From NCBI GenBank assembly GCA_976551045.1, contig CDPCPM010000029.1, forward strand, positions 40,114,001 to 40,178,000: a stretch of DNA of 64,000 nt, in the 5' to 3' direction. The translations under genes and the position numbers were made by a program. Positions 51,201 through 60,200 of this stretch are shown here, one piece after another. The stretch comes from Glaucostegus cemiculus (Eukaryota). Below the pieces are notes generated by a model, which was given only the letters and a program-made list of their open reading frames with translations, did not search any database and was not told the origin of the DNA. How positions within the stretch are numbered: position 1 is the first letter of the stretch; every line of letters begins with the position of its first letter.

Positions 51201-54200
51201 TAAAATGTGAATTAAAAGGGAACGTGAAATGAGCCAGATGTTGAACTACTGGAATTTCCAAAAAATCGGGTAGTGTATTGTTAGAGTTTTACCGTATATG
51301 GCAAAATCCTAAGCATTAATTAATCCAGCATAAACCATCAGGGAAATAGCAGAAAGGCTATTGTTCCTAGTTATAATTCATTACTCCCTACACCAGAAAG
51401 TCTGTATGTTCTGTATGCACTGATAGAGGGAAAAGATAGATGGTATCAAATCCAATGGCTTTTACCCCTATAGATGGTCAAAATTCACACCTAAATGTAC
51501 TCTTTCTTTTGACAGCAACTTAGGGGATGAATTGCTTCCATTTCTGTAGTTTCCAAGGTGACCAAAGAGCCCCACACAGGATCCACAGAATCTGCCAAAG
51601 AGTGGGGAAGATCATGCTGTCTGGGATGAGTGGGAGTGGCTTCTATAATACTCCCATCATACAGACTCATGATGCTCAGCACTTTTCAGCTGTTTCTTCT
51701 CCGTTCTAAGCAGTTACAGGTCAGGGATTGTCAAAAGTTTTTTTATTTAATTCAATTTTAAGGATCTGAGCACTGCTAGCAAGGCCAGTTTTTATTATCC
51801 ATCCCTAACTAATGGCTTTGAAGGTGCTTGCTAGGTCAAAAAAATTACTACTTCAGTTGTAGTGTAGCTCTCAACATTTTACTTGGAATTTAGCTCTTTG
51901 TTCTGTGTTTAGGCCAAATAAGTGTTGAGCAGCCCTGGCAAAACCTAAATTGGACACCAATGCGTGGTTATTGGTAATTGTCACTAGATGGCATTGACAA
52001 TACCCTCCACTGGTTTGCAGATGATTACAGCTGACTGGTGGGCAATAATTGGCTGGATTAGATTCGTCCTGTTCCATCATACAATAAGTATCAGTAACTT
52101 TTCAGATTTAGAGCCATTAAACTGGCCATTCAAACTTTTCTTCAGAAGTCTACAGAGATTTCAAATGCTTGCATTAAAACTTCCATATACAAGGACAAAA
52201 TAGCCAATACTTATTGTTGCACTTCTTGACAAGCAGATGATAGAATGCTTGATAAACAGAGAATCTCCAGAAAACCCATACACTGCAAATCTTTTAAAAT
52301 AAACACTTAATATCTCAATACTTACCAATTTTTTAAAATTGGACTTTGCCAATCATCAATCTTTTGTTCCCATTGTTTGTAGTGTGTAAGGGCGTAGTGA
52401 CTTAAAGCAGGAGCTGCTTCACCATGTGTCCCAAAAAAGTGGGTGTACCATCTGGAAACAAAATTCAGCTAATGTTAGTATAACATGCAGCCAGTCATTA
52501 ACCAAATCCTTCACTATCCTTAATGTAATAAACATCCCAATTATTAATTTGAATTAAAAAACAATTTAAAATAGTAAACTTGGATGTACCATACACTATT
52601 AATTCAAAAGCAGAAGGCATCAAATATAATATGCTAGGATAATTCCTAGCTATATTTCTTCAAATCATCCTTTCAAGGATGGGATTTGTCAAAGACATTA
52701 ATTGGATAAACATAAACGTAACACATTTAGAATATGACTATGATCACACAAACATATAGATCAGATCTGTAAGTAATGATAATTGGTTAACTTAATGCAC
52801 TTTAATTTTGCTCCTGTGCTACTGGATTCTAACTAAATGGAGTCTTGTTCAATGCTTACACACCAGAATGCAACATTTCCAGATTTTGAAGTGGAAAAAC
52901 TGACTAAACATGGACCACCTGACAATAATTTCTCAATTTAAAATGTCTGTCGATGAGCCAATGATTGAGGTTGAACTGGCAGAAGAATCCTTATGCAAAT
53001 ACAATAAGGCATCCATTAGAACAAAAGGACTTGGGGAACAACAATCAACAAAGCTTTGTCAAAATAAATCCAAAAATGAAAATGAGTTAGTGTTAACATA
53101 AATATGTAAACGTTGTGTTTTCTACTATTTCCTTTAGTTACAAATAAACTTGTGGATAATGAAGACAAATAAATTATCATCTCAGTTTCTTAAAAATGAC
53201 ATGTCAAGATTAGTAAAGAGAAAAATGTAGCTATTTAAGTGTTCTTTTTAGGGAAAAAAGAAAGTTCACTCAACTTCTTAGTGGACTGGTTGATAGAACA
53301 GTTGGACAAAGTGGACTGAATGGCTTGAAAGACCGTTCCCTTGATTTTTACATTACATAAGCTGGCCATGCGTTCACAAGAAAATGCATAGGCCATATAC
53401 CCGACTTTGATTTTTCTTACCTTGCATGTTCCTTTTCCCGTGATCCAAAATAGATCTTGGGCATATCCCACGCAAGACAAAACTCAACAACAGCTTGGTT
53501 TTTGGCTGGAACAGTGCAAGTAGCTGCAACAGCTGCTGCAGTAACTTGTCCTTTATCTGTTGGTTTACTTTTTCCTGGGAACAATGAAAAACACTCATAT
53601 CAGCACATCTTGGCAAAAATACCAAATGGATAAATTTACAAGAAAAATATGTCATTAGGTGGATGACAAGAATTCAAATATTGCTAATAGTATAACTACC
53701 ACTTTGTTACTTAATTACAAATGAAAAGCAGTCAGAAAAATCTTTTCAACAATTTTTATTCTGCTGCATTACTGCTGAAATACACAATCTTGCACTGAAC
53801 AGACAAAAATAAAAATTGAGTTACAGTGTTAACATAAGTATGTAAACATTATGTGTTTTCTACAATTTCCTTTAGTTACAAATAAACTTGTGGATAATGA
53901 AGACAAAAGATCATCTCAGTTTCTTAAAAATGACGTGTTTCATATTTGATCAGGTATGTATATAGCTGATATCAATTGTAGTCTCTGTCTCAAGGTAAGT
54001 TGTGCCAACATTAAGAATAAAGAGTACAGTTTAGCTTGTAGTGGAAGAAAACCTGCTAAAAGTGGTGGAACAAGTCCAGCGCACCAACTTGCTTCCAGGA
54101 AGATCCATGAATGCACTTGTTTTCTGTCAAACTAATTCAGCTTTAGGCTGTGCTATGACTGTTTACTTGGCCTTAAAGCACTAATCCCATTCATCCTAAT

Positions 54201-57200
54201 ATAAGTTCATTTACATTAATATTCCACACAGTGCTCTTCGGCCAGTGAAGTATTTTTTAATTGTCGTTACTTGTTGGAAAACAGAAATGAAAGAAAACAA
54301 GGTTTTCGGACTAAACTGCTTCAAGATTGTGGACAGATTTGACCATCTGGGGCAACAAACAATCTGGAGGGTGTGGGGAGGAATTGCCGACGATTCAGGT
54401 AGAGTTTTGACCCGAAATATCAGAAATTCCTTGCCCCCATCAGATGCTGCTTGAACCACTGAGTTCCTCCAGCAGATTGTTGCTTCAGATTTCAGCATCC
54501 ACACTCGTGTGTCTCCAGTTGACTAAATGGATACTACTTTCACAATATTGAAAAGGCTTGTAATTCTAAATCAGAACTTTGTTTTAACTCTGGACCCCTA
54601 ACATGAACCCCACCAAACTTGCACTAAATGATTAAAGTACTTTTTTTGTTAGGTTGCTTTATCCTTGCCACTCAAAAAAAAACTTCATAGTTCAATGCTA
54701 TTTCAATAATAACTCATAGGTATACATAAAAGCACCAAATCAAATGATTGATCAATGCACTGCAACTGTACACATTAAAGCCTACATTTTCCTTTATTTT
54801 AAAAATGGTAGTAACCTATCTAATACTGGGCATTTTGGCAAAGAAAAATGATGTTGAGATATAGTACTTTGTTAATTATATATTCCTTTCTAAAATAATT
54901 TGCAGTTGAGCTTAAAATGTGTATTATTTGGCAGTGATATTTTTAGACAACTTTAACCAGATTTTGAAAAATTCTGGTCATGATAAAGCTGTTTGGGGAT
55001 GCACAATGATAAAAATTGGGTTGATTGTTATTCAAATATTTATGATTACTGTGAAGAATGGAGGGGGTTGTCAGGAAAAACAAATCTTTCAAGTGGCGCA
55101 CAGCAGAAATGTTTAAAAACCTTGGCTCTATTAAGTGTGGTGTGAATTGATGACTAAAGAACACAGTTAAACACAGATTTATTGCTTGTCCTACTTTAAG
55201 TTCGGGACCAGTAGAAAATTAAACACTAGAATTAAAGAAATTCACCAATTCATAAGCAAAAACATTACACTTCCCCTGGGCAACCTACAGCCTTTAACTT
55301 CATTTGTAATATGTTTGAGCTATTTATCTGGTTTCTTCTGTTTACATCTTCTCTCCTAAAGCTTTACCACCTACCAACTGACAATCAGGAACTTTTGATA
55401 TTTTTATAAATATGTTCATACACTTTTAAAGCCATTAGCTACATCTCTGATTGGGAACTTTCTAGTTTCTGTCGGTGCATTTAACTGCATTGCTGTCGAC
55501 TCAGCAGCCCTACTTAAGACTTATTACTAGCACAAAGCAGCTAGTCAGCTAGAAAGAATTTTCTTAAGCATGTTCAAAAGCTTGCAGCTAACCATAGCTG
55601 GTAGTTCTACATTCCTTTAATACTGATAATAAACAGGCAATAAACCAAAATTTGCTGCTGGTTTGCTGTATTTAAAATATGACACAAATAACTAAATCAT
55701 TCTGGGAGACAAAACCATGAACCTTTGTTTTCTTCTCTGATGCAGTAAATCTTTTCCTTATAGAATCACAATTCATTAAAGTAGAAAGAAATGTGCTTTA
55801 CTTAGTGACTTGTTGATGTGTCGGCATTGTGATTTGACTTTTTGCAGTGTCTATCTTTGGTTTCTGTAGCTCTAACTGTCTGTGAGTAACTAAAAGCACA
55901 GCTAATATGATACAGATGTGCTGCATAATTCAGTTCAATGAGGATGATTGCTAGAACAGAGTGAAGGCCACTTCCCATCTACTCACTGCTCCCTTGTCTT
56001 TCTCAAGCAGTCCCCGAAACTAACAGCACAAGTCTTAGTTTGGCATATTGGTTTTGTGAACTCCAGTTGAACTACAGGCTGCTACAACCACAAGTTCAAA
56101 CATCAATTGGATATCTGGGTTATAACAAGCTGGGATGGGGGAGAAAGAGAGGCAGGAGGAGTAATGCCCGTTATTCTGGGCCCAATTACTTGCAGAACAA
56201 CTGTTACATATCACAGCTCACCTTGAGAATAAATTTGAAAAGGATTTTTAAAAGAAAACAATAAAAAGTTTTGAGAAGTTTCAATACATGCATGAACATT
56301 TCAACATGCAAGATTTGGTCAATCATAAATGGATAAGTGAGAGGAAGTAGTAAAATGAATATTTGAGCCTCAGGATACTTATCCATTTCTGTCAATGGAG
56401 TGTGATAAGTGTGCACTTAAATTACTGTGGCATTGACATTAATGAAATCTGATGAGCAACAAATCAAACTTGAAACAGAATAAAATAGCAAGCATGAAAA
56501 TCAGGAATGTTGGAGAAAATGCCTTTACCAAAGATTTACTAAATCAGAGAATGCTTTGACCAGGCATTGCAGTTGAGGCAGACCATTGGGTTTTCCCCTC
56601 CCAACAAAAGTCAGATAAACATTCTGAAGCAGAGGGCTCAGAAATGGGATTAGATTTGGATTCCTCTGAAAAGAAACAGTGGGATGCAATTGCTATCCAG
56701 GCTGTAATTTTCTCTGGTCCCAAAATCAAACAACCAAGTAGTAAAAACAAAGATTAGTATTAGTGGATTTAAACATGAATCTGGAAAACTAGATTAGCAA
56801 GCACGTTTAACAGAATAGGCTTACCTGTTGAGGAAAGAAGTTCAGAAATATAGGGTACTGCTGATTCCTCTCAACTACCCATTAACTGATCCGCTCCAGA
56901 GATCTAAGCATGCAACTGGCAAAAGGGAGAATCACCACTAGCTGCAATATTCAGCCTCCTACAGTTCATTGACAGAAAAATCATAACGAAGGTATGATAA
57001 AATAGTAAAAGATAAGCTGAAATTTCAAGTAGAGAAAAATCAGCATTTACCCTCGATGTCAAAAAAAAATGATCACCGGTAAAGTTGTCAGGCCAATAAG
57101 CAGATCAAATGCAGTGATATCAAGTAAAAGTTTCCCTCTGTTCACTTTTGGGGGAAGGATAATATCAAATACTCAGGGCAATGCTTAATTTGTCCAAGGT

Positions 57201-60200
57201 AATTTAAACACAAGTCTTCCAGTTTCTGAATGAGCTCATCTAATTCCTTAGTTAAATTGGACTCAGATACAATAATCACTCAGAGCAACACATCTTTATT
57301 CCAGGTTCTCATTCCTGAAATCAGTCCATTAAACCAGCAAAGCAACTTTTGCATAGTGTTGAGTGGGTCTGGATTTTGCCATCTATTCCACATCTACCCT
57401 CTCAAATACCAGAAAGTTTGGGACTCCCACACAAAGTCCTGAATTTATAAAGTGAGCTCCGAATATTTTTCCAATGGATTCTACATAGTTGAGTTTACTG
57501 TTGTTCTTGTTCTGCAGAATCTACTCATGGTTTCAAGCCATGTTCAGCAAATCTGATCCAAGATTCTCTCTGAAATACAGTTCCTTAAAAACACATCAAA
57601 GATTACCTCCATTTCTTTTTATTTTACTGGAAATCTAAAACATTTTGCAAAAGGAAATCCATAAAGGAATCCTAATTATCCACTTTTAAAAAAGATTTCT
57701 CCACTGTCCCTACTGAGACTTTTACGTATGACATATACAATAGCATTTACAACAGATTTATAGTCATGAATCATACTCTATCTGTCGTTGTTGAAGCTGC
57801 ACTTAATCTGGAATGTGGAGAGTATCCCATAAAATCTTAGCATGCCTTTTAGATATAGTGGAAAGGCTTTGCAACTTAAGAGACAAGTCACTTGCAGCCA
57901 AATACCCAAGCTCCTAAACTGCTCCTGTAGCTACATTATGTGTATGTGGCTTATCCAAGTTTAGTTTATAGTCAATAGTGGTTCACAAAATACTGATGAG
58001 GGACATGCTGTTGCACATCATGGGAAGATGGATAAACTTTCTCAGGTATTACTTCCCACCTATCAGTCTAACCTTGAATTACAAACAGGTTGCCCAAAGT
58101 CATAGAAAGCTTCTTCATCTGGGAAATTTGCAATGGAATTGAACACACTGCAATCATCACTGAATATCTTCACTTCTGAATTTATGTAAGTCATTAGTGA
58201 AGCAGTTTAAGATGGTTGAGCCTGGAAAAACCATGGCAAAATCATGCAGCAAAGGCCCGTCATTTCTTACTGATCACATTAGCTTCCAGTTTAGCAATGT
58301 CTCAATTACAAAATTTTCATCCTTATTCACAAATTGTTTTAGGGTCTCTCACACCTCCCCAAAACACGTCTAAGACACTTGTCTTTGACTAAAGCTTTTG
58401 ATTACTGTCTTTATATTAGAATTAGCTTGTTGTCAACTTTTGATAAGTTTTCCTTTGTATTTTTGCTACATCGAAAACACAAGTTGTAATTACTGGTAGT
58501 AAGTGCCCACTTACAAACCTATGTTGACTGACCAATTAGTATTTTTCAAAGAAATTCACTAATAGTACTTATTAATCCAAGGAGCCCAATTCCAGAGGTG
58601 AGTGAGATGAGATCACTGAAATCAATGCATCATTTGACCAAATTTTTTTAAAGATCTTTATTTGTCACATGTACATTGAAACACACACAGTGAAATACAT
58701 CTTTTGCGTAGTGATCTTGGGGGGGGGGGGGGGGCAGCCCGCAAGTGTCACCACGCTTCCAGCGCCCACATAGCATGCCCATAATTCCTTACCCTGTACG
58801 TCTTTAGAAAGTGGGAGGAAACCGGAGCACCCGGAGGAAACCCACACAGACACAGGGAGAACATACAAACTCCTTACAGACAGTGGCTGGATTTGAACTC
58901 AGATCGCTGGCGCTGTAAAGCATTATGCTAACCACTAGGAGCTCTGGTAAAATGATCAATGGGAAAATGCTCCTGATTGGAGTTATACCTTGCATAAAGG
59001 AGGATGGTTGTGGTTGTTGGAGACTAAAAATTCTAGCCCCATAACATCACTGCAGGACCTCCTCATCTCAATATCTTAAAACTATTGTCAGCTGCTTCAA
59101 TAACCTTTCCATAACAAGGTCAGATGTAGGGACATTCACTGATGATTGCAGCGTTCAATTCCATTCTCAACTCCTCAAAATAAAGCAGTCCATGCCTGCA
59201 TCCAATAAGCTACAGACAACATTAAACCATTTGTAAGTGGATATCAAGTGGCATTTACACCAAGTGCCAAGATGTGAGCTTTCATTCTTTATAGAACCCA
59301 ATCACCTGCAACATCCAAGCTGAGGTCACCTTTGACCAGGATCTCAATTGAACCAGCCACAAATGTAGAGGGTACAAGTGCAATCAGAGGTTGGGTACCC
59401 TACAGCAAGCCACTTAGTTCCTAACACCCCAAAGCCTTTTCACCAACTACAAGGCACATTTCAGGAGAATGATGTAATATTCCCCAGGTGCCTGGATGAA
59501 CAACGCAACAACTCGAGCATGATTCCATCCAGGACAAAGCAGCCTGCTTGATCCATTTCTCTAAACATTAATTCCCTTCACTACTGATGCACCACGGTCA
59601 CAGTGCATACCATCTACAAAACAGACTGCAGTTCCTTGCCTTGGGTACTCCTAAACATAAGACCCACATCACCAAGGACAAGGACAGCAAAGATATATAA
59701 ATACCACCACCACTTGAACTGGTGTTGAACAAGGACAATAGTTATCATAGTTGCTCCCTGTGCCACACACCAGTGAGGGTAAGAATTGGTTGATTTGGCA
59801 AATGAATGCATGGCTGAGGTGGTGGTGCAGAGGGCAGGGTTTCAGATTTGTTGATCTTTGGGATCTCTTCTGGGGAACTTACGATCTGTAGGTCGGGTTA
59901 CACCTGAACTGGAGGGGGACCAATATTCTTGCGGGTAGGTTTGCTAGAGCTGTTGGGGAGTGTTTAAACTAATTCAGCAGGTGGATGGGAGCCAGAGTGA
60001 CAGATCAGAGGTTTGTACATTTAGTGTACAAGTTGCTGCAGAGTGTAGAAAGACTGTTAAGAAGAACAGGCAGTTGAAAGGGGAAAATTGCAATCAGTTG
60101 GATGGGCTGAAGAGTGTCTACTTTAATGCAAGATGTATCAGGAACAAGGGTGATGAACTTAGAGTATGGATAAGTACATGGAACTATGATGTGGTGGCCA

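Noticed and set aside
53071-53204. Duplicated intronic snoRNA
   Set aside because: No properly arranged C/D boxes or H/ACA hairpins seen on the transcribed strand; kept only as a duplication
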